Assembly: GCA_964424155.1 (NCBI GenBank) | Contig: CAYRHU010000004.1 | Location: forward strand, 6,638-70,637 | Direction: 5' to 3' | DNA: 64,000 nt | Source: an uncultured Chitinophaga sp. | GTDB lineage: Bacteria; Bacteroidota; Bacteroidia; Chitinophagales; Chitinophagaceae | Notes under the pieces: generated by a model | The model's database searches: none | What the model was told of the DNA's origin: nothing | What the model saw: only the letters and a program-made list of their open reading frames with translations | Program-made: the position numbers and the translations under genes | In this document: piece after piece, positions 8,537 to 16,844 of the stretch | Layout: each line of letters opens with the position of its first letter | How positions within the stretch are numbered: the stretch's first letter is position 1

Positions 8537-9310
8537 TTGGAAAGTATGAAAGTGCTTATCGTGGAAGACGAGGACCTCGCGGTGAAAAAACTCCGCAAAA
8601 CGCTTTTCGCTGTCGATGGGACCATCGAAGTCACCGGTGTAACAGACAGCATCAAGTCCACGGTGGAATGGCTGCAGGACAACCCGCAGCCCGACCTGAT
8701 CCTGATGGATATCGAGCTGGCCGACGGGCAAAGCTTCGAGGTGTTCAATCTCACCGATGTGAAAAGTCCCGTGATCTTCACCACTTCATACGATGAATAC
8801 GCACTGAAGGCCTTTAAGGTGAACAGCGTGGACTACCTGCTCAAACCCATCCAGCAGGAAGAACTGCAGGCGGCGCTCAACAAGTATAAGAAAATGACGG
8901 GCAGCAGCAAGGGAGAACTGAGTCTCGACAGCCTGGTGAAGGAACTGCAGCAAAAACTACAGCCGAAAGAATTCCGGAAACGGTTCCTGGTGAAGCAGGG
9001 GCAACGGCTGGTGAGCGTGGAGGTGGAGGACATCGCCTACTTTTACAGCGACGGCCGCCTGAATTTCTTCAAAACCGCCGACAACCGGAAATTCGTTGTG
9101 GATTATACCATGGATGAACTCGAAGACATGCTGGACCCCGCACAGTATTTCCGCATCAGCCGTTCCTTCTATGTTTCCGTCAACAGCATCGACAAGATCG
9201 AAGATTATTTCGGCAACCGCCTTATTCTCCAGTTAAAACCCGCCGTCGACAAGGAAGCCCTGGTGAGCCGGGAGAAGGTGACGGATTTTAAGAAGTGGAT
9301 GGGGAAGTAA
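8537..9310 (+). CDS. LytTR-family response regulator
   Basis: Receiver domain (KVLIVEDE...DLILMDIELADG) plus a C-terminal LytTR-type DNA-binding region. Starts 8 nt after the kinase gene. Confidence 0.9.
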   Translation: MESMKVLIVEDEDLAVKKLRKTLFAVDGTIEVTGVTDSIKSTVEWLQDNPQPDLILMDIELADGQSFEVFNLTDVKSPVIFTTSYDEYALKAFKVNSVDYLLKPIQQEELQAALNKYKKMTGSSKGELSLDSLVKELQQKLQPKEFRKRFLVKQGQRLVSVEVEDIAYFYSDGRLNFFKTADNRKFVVDYTMDELEDMLDPAQYFRISRSFYVSVNSIDKIEDYFGNRLILQLKPAVDKEALVSREKVTDFKKWMGK

Positions 9311-9486
9311 GTCAGGAGTCGGGAGTCGCCAGTCGTCAGTCGCCAGTCGTCAGTCGTCAGTCGCCAGTCGACAGTCACCAGTCGCTAACATCTTGCATCC
9401 AGTATCTAGTATCCAGCATCCAGCCAACCTCTTTAAAATATAAACGACCCCCTCCCGACTCCTGACTCCCGACTCCTGGCTCCCGA
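9311..9486. repeat. 176-bp spacer made of 25 in-phase heptamers with complementary termini
   Basis: GTCAGGA GTCGGGA, then 9 GTCGYCA-like words, then 5 GYATCYA-like words, an AT-rich centre, and finally CCTCCCG ACTCCTG ACTCCCG ACTCCTG GCTCCCG. 9313-9327 is perfectly complementary to 9464-9478. Confidence 0.9.
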
Positions 9487-12400
9487 CTAACTTACGGGCA
9501 CTCTCAACGTAATCGCCGAATGACTCTTATGGAGGTCCACATCGATCGTGGCATGCATTTGATCCAGTCTTTTCTCCAGATCCTGGCGATGCAGCAGGTT
9601 GTGCAGTTGCTGCATGTCGCACTTGTCGCTTTCGAACAGCGTGGTGAAAAGGAGCCCGTTTTTTTCTGAACGGATATATACATGACAGTTGGCCGCTCCC
9701 AGCATGACCAGGTTCTTGATCCCCTCCTTGAATACGAGGAAGGCTTCGTGACGGAGTTTCATGTTCAACGGGAGGGATTCCACCTTTTTATCAACCGCGA
9801 TATCGATATTCACGCCATGCCGGTTCTTCAGGGCTTCTATATACTCCCGCATGCGCGAGGTCGTTTTTTCCATGCTGTCGTTACCCGGGTCCAGGCTCCA
9901 GAGCATATCATCCATGGCGATGATCATGTTGTGGCTCTTGTTATGGATCTGTTCGATGTATTCCTTTGATTTCTCAGGATCCTTATCCGCTTTCAGGCGG
10001 GCCATCTCACTCAGAATATTGATATTGTTCAGGGCGGTGTTCACTTCGCTGTGCAGGTTGTCGGCAATGGTGCTGCGCATCCGTTCGATCGCTTCCTTGC
10101 GCTGCATGCGTTCCCGGTCGAGCCAGAACAGGAGGGAACCGACTGCGATGGCCAGCAGGCTGAAAAACCACCAGGATTTCCAGAAGGGCGGGTTGACCCG
10201 GATACTGACCGAAATGAATGCATCGCTGATCTTTCCTTCTTCATCGAGGGTTTGCATCAGGAATTTGTATTTGCCCGGAGGGAGGTAGGTGTAGATGGCC
10301 TGGTTATCCCGGCCGGCCATTTTCCATTCCTTATCGAGTCCTTCCATCATATACCGGATCATAAACCCGCTGCTGTAAACGAGGGGAGAAAATTCGATCT
10401 CCAGCGAATTATTATTATGCCGGAGAGTTACCTGTTCGAGCCGGAGCAGTGAATCCACCTGCAGGCTTTTATTCATCACCTTGAACTCCGTGATGCGGGG
10501 CTGAGGGGTAACCGTGGTGACCATTATCGCCGAAGGATCAAACAGGATGAACTGGTCGCTGCTGCCGAAAACGAGCCGGCCGTCGGGTAAGGAGTAGGAG
10601 GATGCGAGGATGAACCGGTCATTATCGATTCCGTCGGCCCGGTTAAACCGGATAAAAATCTTTTTTTGAATGTTCACCCGGTAAAGGCCATTCGTGGTAG
10701 CGACCCAGAGATGTCCTTTCATATCCTTCTCTGCCGATGCAATGAATCCCTGGATGAATTCCGGTTTGCCGATCGACTCTGTCTGTTTTTTATACCTGTT
10801 ATAACGCAGCACGTAACGCGATGTAGTGATCACGATGCTGCTGTCATCGTAATCGAGTACGGAGGAGATTCCTTCTTCCGGCAAACGGTAAGCGTCTTTG
10901 GCCTTGTCACTGAAATGATGTACCAGCGTATCAGCGGCCGGATCGATCACGTATAACCCGTTCGCTGCAGTGCCAATCCATAAAAGACCCTTTCTGTCAA
11001 CCATCAGTTTATTGATCATCACGGGTGGAATGGTTTCATACCGGTGAATCCCGTATTCCCGCCCGGCTTTTTTATCATCCGCTTCCCACCTGAACAACCC
11101 AAAATTGTTCATCCCGAGCCATAAATTCCCCAGTCGATCCTCCGTTACCTGCCGCATCGTGCGGTTATTTAGTACCGGGGGATTATAAAACCGGCTCGTT
11201 CGGGCCGACTGGTTGATCGCGTACAGACCGGGCTGTGCGGCTATCCAGATCGTATTACTGTCGGCAGATGCAGTCATGTTCCAGGCGGTCGGTCCCAGTC
11301 GGTTATCGATCCCGCTGATATTAAGAGGCTGCAGGTTTAAATGCTGATCGTACTGGTAGATCCCGTCACCCCAGGTACCGGCCAGTAATGTGCCCCGGCG
11401 GGTTTTAATAAAGGAAAGCAGGCTGCCGTGACCCGGGTTCCCCGTAACACGGTAGGTATGCGGGATATTGGTAAAATACTGTTCGGCGGGATTGAACCGG
11501 TATAAGCCATTATTGCTGGTGCTGACCCAAATATTTCTTTCCCGGTCTTCCCAAAGTGAGGTCACCCGTTCATAAGTGATGCTTCGTTCATTCAGATAGC
11601 CGTTGTAAACAAACTCAAATTGTTTTTCTTTTTCGAGAAAGCGGGCAAAAACATTCAGCCCGGTTACCCAGATGGTGCCGTCCTGCTGTTCAAAAAAACC
11701 ATAGGTTTCGTAATAGGTCTTCAACGTGCTGATGAATTCGAATTTTGTCAGCGGGGCGGCTCCGTTCCGGCTGTCGTAAAAATAAATCTCGGGATAACCG
11801 CCCGACCATACCTGGAACCATAACCGCCCCTTCCTGTCATAATGAAAATTATAGGCGCCGCGTATTCCGTTCATGGCGTTCACCACGGGATGAGCCTCCG
11901 GGTTATGCCCTTCGTAATTCAGTTGCCGCGTATCTTGATTAAACACAGCGATACCTTCCGACTGAAGGGAGATCAGGTACTGGCGGGTTCCGGGCAATTG
12001 AATGATATCGGTCAGCCCGGTGGCGGGAGGTGTCGAAAAAAAGTTATGCTCCCAGGAAAACTCATTCTTTTCTTCATTCCAGGTAACTATTTCATTGCCC
12101 CGTAATACCAGGAAGATATTGCCGAATTCATCCGGTATAAGTTCTTTAATAGCCGAGCGGAGCGACTCGGGTTTTCGGAGCCGCACCGCCGCTTCCCGGA
12201 AGCGAAACGTGCGGGTGTTAAAGATCCCGACCCTTCCTTCAGAGGTCAGCACCCAAAGATTTTTTTTATGATCCAGCAGTAGCTGCAGGACCGGATTGGA
12301 TGGAAGGGAGGAAGAGTCACCGGCAACATGACGGAATGTTTTGAACCGGGTGCCATCGAAACGTTGCAGCCCGTCTACTGTGCCGGTCCAGATAAATCCA

Positions 12401-12555
12401 TCCGCGTCCTGGATCACCGTATTACAGTCCGATGATACCAGTCCCGATTCGGTGGTATAATGAGTAAAGAAAAACTTTTTTACCAGCTGGGCCCTCGCAG
12501 GCTGCATGCATGGAATGCAGGTTAAAAAAATGAGATAGAAAATGAACCTGGACAA
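9487..12555 (-). CDS. sensor histidine kinase with periplasmic beta-propeller repeats and Y_Y_Y domain (no adjacent regulator)
   Basis: 1022 aa. Signal/TM, repeated propeller-type segments (WIGT..GL), one TM (FWKSWWFFSLLAIAVGSLLF), a HisKA_3-like H box (NLHSEV) and a C-terminal ATPase-like region. Confidence 0.85.
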   Translation of the reverse strand: MSRFIFYLIFLTCIPCMQPARAQLVKKFFFTHYTTESGLVSSDCNTVIQDADGFIWTGTVDGLQRFDGTRFKTFRHVAGDSSSLPSNPVLQLLLDHKKNLWVLTSEGRVGIFNTRTFRFREAAVRLRKPESLRSAIKELIPDEFGNIFLVLRGNEIVTWNEEKNEFSWEHNFFSTPPATGLTDIIQLPGTRQYLISLQSEGIAVFNQDTRQLNYEGHNPEAHPVVNAMNGIRGAYNFHYDRKGRLWFQVWSGGYPEIYFYDSRNGAAPLTKFEFISTLKTYYETYGFFEQQDGTIWVTGLNVFARFLEKEKQFEFVYNGYLNERSITYERVTSLWEDRERNIWVSTSNNGLYRFNPAEQYFTNIPHTYRVTGNPGHGSLLSFIKTRRGTLLAGTWGDGIYQYDQHLNLQPLNISGIDNRLGPTAWNMTASADSNTIWIAAQPGLYAINQSARTSRFYNPPVLNNRTMRQVTEDRLGNLWLGMNNFGLFRWEADDKKAGREYGIHRYETIPPVMINKLMVDRKGLLWIGTAANGLYVIDPAADTLVHHFSDKAKDAYRLPEEGISSVLDYDDSSIVITTSRYVLRYNRYKKQTESIGKPEFIQGFIASAEKDMKGHLWVATTNGLYRVNIQKKIFIRFNRADGIDNDRFILASSYSLPDGRLVFGSSDQFILFDPSAIMVTTVTPQPRITEFKVMNKSLQVDSLLRLEQVTLRHNNNSLEIEFSPLVYSSGFMIRYMMEGLDKEWKMAGRDNQAIYTYLPPGKYKFLMQTLDEEGKISDAFISVSIRVNPPFWKSWWFFSLLAIAVGSLLFWLDRERMQRKEAIERMRSTIADNLHSEVNTALNNINILSEMARLKADKDPEKSKEYIEQIHNKSHNMIIAMDDMLWSLDPGNDSMEKTTSRMREYIEALKNRHGVNIDIAVDKKVESLPLNMKLRHEAFLVFKEGIKNLVMLGAANCHVYIRSEKNGLLFTTLFESDKCDMQQLHNLLHRQDLEKRLDQMHATIDVDLHKSHSAITLRVPVS

Positions 12556-12612
12556 ATCGGATTATTATATCAGTCAAATTTAATCAATGCCGGTTCAAAC
12601 CGGAGTTTAGGG

Positions 12613-12664
12613 TGTATGAACTGTCGCATTCCGGTTCCGGTTGCATAACCGGATGTATGAACTG
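12613..12664. promoter_or_regulatory. 11-bp direct repeat TGTATGAACTG x2 flanking a small palindrome
   Basis: Copies at 12613-12623 and 12654-12664, with CCGGTTGCATAACCGG between them. The repeat lies 58-109 nt upstream of the 9487..12555 kinase start. Confidence 0.4.
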
Positions 12665-12862
12665 AAAACATCCAGGGACGCACATACGGGGTACCCGGTG
12701 TTAACAAATTTTTGAAGGTTAAGTTAATGAAAGTTAATTGATTACACTTTCAACAATTGATCGCAGGTTGAACTCATTTCATACATTCCGCCCTTGACTT
12801 TTGATTGTAAAGGAAGCAACTTTATTACGTCAAACCTGGCAAAGAACCTTAAATCCTGGAAT

Positions 12863-13018
12863 ATGAAAAAGATCATCGATTACACGACCTGGGCGATCAG
12901 CGCCGCCATCACGGCGGGCATCGCTTTTCATTTTGATGTGGGAAAAGAACTTACCGTGTTCTTAAAATTCGTGGCGCAAAAACTCGTGCCCTGGGTAAAC
13001 GCGGTTATTTATTCCTGA
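12863..13018 (+). CDS. possible small membrane protein (51 aa)
   Basis: Internal ATG of track ORF 12794..13018 gives MKKIIDYTTWAISAAITAGIAF.... Its 3' end overlaps the convergent transferase gene by 10 nt. Weak support. Confidence 0.3.
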   Translation: MKKIIDYTTWAISAAITAGIAFHFDVGKELTVFLKFVAQKLVPWVNAVIYS

Positions 13019-14139
13019 ACCATTTCATTGCGGGATCTGGCCCACCATGAGCCCGGATGCCCGGACCTGAAAATGACACCCCACTTCTTAAATAGCAGCG
13101 TACTGAGAAGCATGGATAAAATCAGCACCAGCAGCATGATTTCCGGCCGAAGCCATCGAAGCCAGTACACTTCAAAAAGCACGATGCCGTGCAGGAAGCA
13201 GATCAGCTTCGCGGCAAACCCGTGGCTGAAGCCCTGGCTGGTGAGCAGGTGATGTATGTGCGTCTTGTCGGCCACAAAGGGCGATCCTCCTTTCCATATT
13301 CTCACTGTAAATACTCTCAATGTATCAAACACGGGAATCAGTACAATACCCAATACGAATACCGGTGCGTTCGGAAGCGCGGGAATATCCACCAGGGTAT
13401 TCACCTGCATCAGCCGGATGCATAAAACGGCGGTTACAAATCCCAGCAGCAAAGAACCCGTATCGCCCATGAAGATCCTGGCCGGGTTGAAATTGAAGTA
13501 AAGAAAAGCCAATATCCCGCCTGCCAGGGCGAAAGCGATCAGCGCGGTGTTGGCATCACCGCTTAATGTGAGAAACAATCCCAGTGTAATCAGGCTCATG
13601 AACCCGATCCCGCCAGCCAGCCCGTCGATCCCGTCGATCAGGTTGAACGCATTGGTGATGCCCGTAATGGCGAGAATGGTAATGGTATATTGCGCACTCA
13701 CCGGAAGTTCATGCAATCCGAAAAGTCCTTCCAATGATGTAATGCGGATCCCCGATACGGCGATCAGGGAGGCCAGGCCGATCTGGATGATGAATTTATA
13801 ACGGGCTGAAAGATCCCTGAGATCGTCCAGGATACCCAGACCAAACAAAACTACGACCGAAAAAAAGAAACAAACCTGCGCCGGTGTACCATTAAACGGG
13901 AACCAGAGTAAAAGCCCCATCATCATCCCGGCCAGGATCGCGATTCCACCCATCGTGGGAACAGGTGAAATGTGCAGTTTCCGATCACCGGGCATGTCAT
14001 AAAGACGGAACCGGTTGATCAGGCTGATAATGGGAGGAATACTCATCATCGTAACCACAAAGGCGCTGAGAAAAGAGAGCAGGGCAAACTTGTAGTCGTG
14101 AAGATACAGGTCGATCTGCAAAAGGTGGTGGCTTTTCAT
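13009..14139 (-). CDS. glycosyltransferase family 4 (WecA/MraY-type undecaprenyl-phosphate sugar-phosphate transferase)
   Basis: Polytopic membrane protein with NAFNLIDGIDGLA and FMGDTGS motifs. Start set at Met 14137-14139 (MKSHHLL...), because the upstream extension looks non-coding. Confidence 0.85.
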   Translation of the reverse strand: MKSHHLLQIDLYLHDYKFALLSFLSAFVVTMMSIPPIISLINRFRLYDMPGDRKLHISPVPTMGGIAILAGMMMGLLLWFPFNGTPAQVCFFFSVVVLFGLGILDDLRDLSARYKFIIQIGLASLIAVSGIRITSLEGLFGLHELPVSAQYTITILAITGITNAFNLIDGIDGLAGGIGFMSLITLGLFLTLSGDANTALIAFALAGGILAFLYFNFNPARIFMGDTGSLLLGFVTAVLCIRLMQVNTLVDIPALPNAPVFVLGIVLIPVFDTLRVFTVRIWKGGSPFVADKTHIHHLLTSQGFSHGFAAKLICFLHGIVLFEVYWLRWLRPEIMLLVLILSMLLSTLLFKKWGVIFRSGHPGSWWARSRNEMVQE

Positions 14140-14605
14140 GGTAACCGGTTTATCGGGTTGGTTGCTGGTTAATGGATTTGAAAAGTAAAATAGAAAGCAT
14201 TCGTAAAAAGCACAAGGGTTTTTGGCCGGGCATACCCATACCCGCTGCTTTAGCCTGAGAATTAGCGGTAATCCGGTCAATTATTGGGATATTTGCTTTC
14301 GGCAAACCGTAATTTTCACATCCTTGTTTACGGGTCATTCGGACTCATTTTTTCTGCTGATACCGATGTTCCGTTTTTCCGTAATGCGGGTTATGGTATC
14401 CTGGTGCACCTGCTGAATAAAACGAGGGTGCTATTTGAAAAAAGACTACTGCCGTAAAGGACCGGGTGTGAGGGTATTACTTTTCAACCGTATCCTCGTG
14501 TTGTTTTTAACTCACCGGGAAAAACCGCACCGGAAGGTGTTGGTATAACCGGCCGGTATGGGTAAAACAGCCGATCTTGCAGTTTAACACTGGCACCCTA
14601 AACAG

Positions 14606-14613
14606 TAAATTTG
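14606..14613 (+). promoter_or_regulatory. Bacteroidota-type -7 promoter box TAAATTTG (TAnnTTTG)
   Basis: Exact match to the TAnnTTTG consensus, 59 nt upstream of the recG TTG start. Confidence 0.35.
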
Positions 14614-14671
14614 CCGGAAAGCTCCTGATATAGCCACAACCCCCAACATATTAGCCAGCCCGATCGAGTAT

Positions 14672-16741
14672 TTGAAAGGGGTTGGACCACTTCGCGCTGA
14701 TCTGCTTAAAAAGGAACTGGGCATTTTCAGTTTCGGCGACCTGCTGGGTCATTTTCCTTTCCGGCATATTGACCGTACAAAGGTGAACCGCGTGAATGAA
14801 CTCACGGCGGCCACGGATTTTGCGCAACTATCCGGGGTGCTGCTTCATTTTGAAGTGGTGGGCCAGAAAGCGGGAAAAAGACTGGTGGCGGAATTAAAGG
14901 ATCCCACTGGTGTGATTGAACTTACCTGGTTCCAGGGACTAAGCTGGGTGCAGAAAATGCTGGAACCGGGACAAACCTACCTGGTATATGGCAGGGTTGG
15001 GTTTTATAACGGCCGGCCTCAAATCGTTCACCCGGAACTGGAACCCCTCCGGCCCGATCAGTCGGCGGGAAAAAACTATCTCGAACCGGTTTACTCCACC
15101 ACGGAAAAACTGAAATCCAAGGGCCTGGGGGGGAGACAGATCGGCAAACTCACACAGGTGCTGATGGGTTTGATCCGGCCGGCCGACATCAGGGAAAACC
15201 TGCCGGAAAAAACGCGGCAACAACTAAAACTCATCGACCGGTACACGGCATTCCGCCAGATCCATTTTCCGCAATCTCCGGCCGAATATGAAGAAGCCGT
15301 GAAACGGCTGAAGTTCGAAGAGCTCTTTATCGCGCAGCTTCGCATGGCCATGATCCGGTCGGGCCGGCACCGGAGTTCCAAAGGGGTGTTGTTCGATAAG
15401 GTGGGCGATCTCTTTAATACATTTTACCGGGAACATCTTCCTTTCGCGCTTACGAACGCGCAGAAACGGGTGATCCGGGAAATCCGTTCCGATACCGCCC
15501 GGGGGAAACAGATGAACCGGTTGCTGCAGGGAGATGTAGGCAGCGGAAAGACCATCGTGGCTGTCCTGCTTATGCTGCTGGCGGCGGATAACGGGTACCA
15601 GTCCTGCCTGATGGCACCCACTGAAATTCTAGCGCAGCAGCATTACGGTACCATCAGCAAAATGCTGGCAAAGATGAATGTGCCCGTTCAACTGCTGACC
15701 GGTTCCACCAAAGCGGCGGAAAGAAAAAAGATTTTAAGTGCCCTGGAAGACGGATCATTGAAAATCCTGATCGGTACACATGCCGTAATTGAAGATGTGG
15801 TGAAATTCAGCAACCTGGGGCTGGTGATCATAGATGAACAGCACCGATTCGGTGTCGCGCAAAGGGCTAAATTATGGCAGAAGGCGGCCATTCCGCCGCA
15901 TATCCTGGTCATGACCGCCACACCTATACCCCGTACCCTGGCCATGACGGCCTATGGGGACCTGGATTACAGCGTAATTGATGAAATGCCCCCGGGACGG
16001 CAACCGGTAACCACCGTTCACCGTTATGAATCGCAGCGAAGCAAAGTGATGGACTTTCTGCGCAGCGAGATCGGGAAGGACAGACAGGTATATATCATTT
16101 TTCCGCTGATCGAGGAAAGTGATAAACTCGATTACGAAAACCTGATGAAGGGGTACGAAAATGTAAAGGCTTATTTCCCCGAACCCCGGTACTGGATCAG
16201 TATGGTGCACGGAAGACAACCGGCCGAACAGAAAGAACAAAATATGCGGCGGTTTGTTGAACATGATACACAGATCATGGTGTCCACCACCGTGATCGAA
16301 GTGGGGGTGGATGTACCCAACGCCTCGGTGATGGTGATCGAAAGCGCCGAAAAGTTCGGGCTCTCCCAGTTGCACCAGTTGAGGGGAAGGGTGGGAAGAG
16401 GCGCCGAAAAAAGTTATTGCATCCTCCTGACCGGCGTTAAACTGGGAAACGAGGCCCGGGAACGGATTAAAGTGATGACTTCGACCAATAACGGGTTCGA
16501 AATCGCGGAAAAGGACCTTGAACTCAGGGGACCGGGAGAAATAGAGGGAACCCGTCAAAGCGGCGCCTTAAACTTCAGGCTGGCTAATCTTGTCCAAGAC
16601 AGGCCCCTGCTCGAAATGGCGCGGAATATGGCGGCCGGCATGCTGGAAAAGGACCCGGATCTTAATTCGGCAGAAAATTTGCCGTTGAAAGAATTCCTGA
16701 AACAGGAGCGCGGTGGCGTTGTTTGGAGTAAAATTTCCTGA
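14672..16741 (+). CDS. recG: ATP-dependent DNA helicase RecG
   Basis: Wedge-domain N-terminus, Walker A GDVGSGKT, and DEQHRFG. The only start in frame is TTG at 14672 (frame opens at 14630 after TGA). Confidence 0.95.
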   Translation: MKGVGPLRADLLKKELGIFSFGDLLGHFPFRHIDRTKVNRVNELTAATDFAQLSGVLLHFEVVGQKAGKRLVAELKDPTGVIELTWFQGLSWVQKMLEPGQTYLVYGRVGFYNGRPQIVHPELEPLRPDQSAGKNYLEPVYSTTEKLKSKGLGGRQIGKLTQVLMGLIRPADIRENLPEKTRQQLKLIDRYTAFRQIHFPQSPAEYEEAVKRLKFEELFIAQLRMAMIRSGRHRSSKGVLFDKVGDLFNTFYREHLPFALTNAQKRVIREIRSDTARGKQMNRLLQGDVGSGKTIVAVLLMLLAADNGYQSCLMAPTEILAQQHYGTISKMLAKMNVPVQLLTGSTKAAERKKILSALEDGSLKILIGTHAVIEDVVKFSNLGLVIIDEQHRFGVAQRAKLWQKAAIPPHILVMTATPIPRTLAMTAYGDLDYSVIDEMPPGRQPVTTVHRYESQRSKVMDFLRSEIGKDRQVYIIFPLIEESDKLDYENLMKGYENVKAYFPEPRYWISMVHGRQPAEQKEQNMRRFVEHDTQIMVSTTVIEVGVDVPNASVMVIESAEKFGLSQLHQLRGRVGRGAEKSYCILLTGVKLGNEARERIKVMTSTNNGFEIAEKDLELRGPGEIEGTRQSGALNFRLANLVQDRPLLEMARNMAAGMLEKDPDLNSAENLPLKEFLKQERGGVVWSKIS

Positions 16742-16844
16742 TCAGCCGGGTAATAACCGGGTAAATCAACGATCACTCCGATTTTTGACAGAGAAATTAC
16801 AATACCGGCGGAATACGTTAACAGAAGTTTTCAATCCGTTTCTG

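Noticed and set aside
9311-9486. Possible CRISPR array or coding low-complexity region.
   Set aside because: The repeat unit is 7 nt with no spacers and no cas genes are present. No ORF of 60 aa or more covers it.
15872-16558. Long antisense ORFs inside well-supported genes. Examples: 15872..16558 (in recG), 20626..21327 (porP), 22264..22968, 23288..23881, 24737..25363, 46603..47280, 51164..51997 (EEP gene), 54871..55731 (dnaB), 5199..5816.
   Set aside because: Each lies fully opposite a gene with clear family motifs. Their products are low-complexity (R/G/P/H-rich) with no motifs. Such shadow ORFs are expected opposite codon-biased genes.
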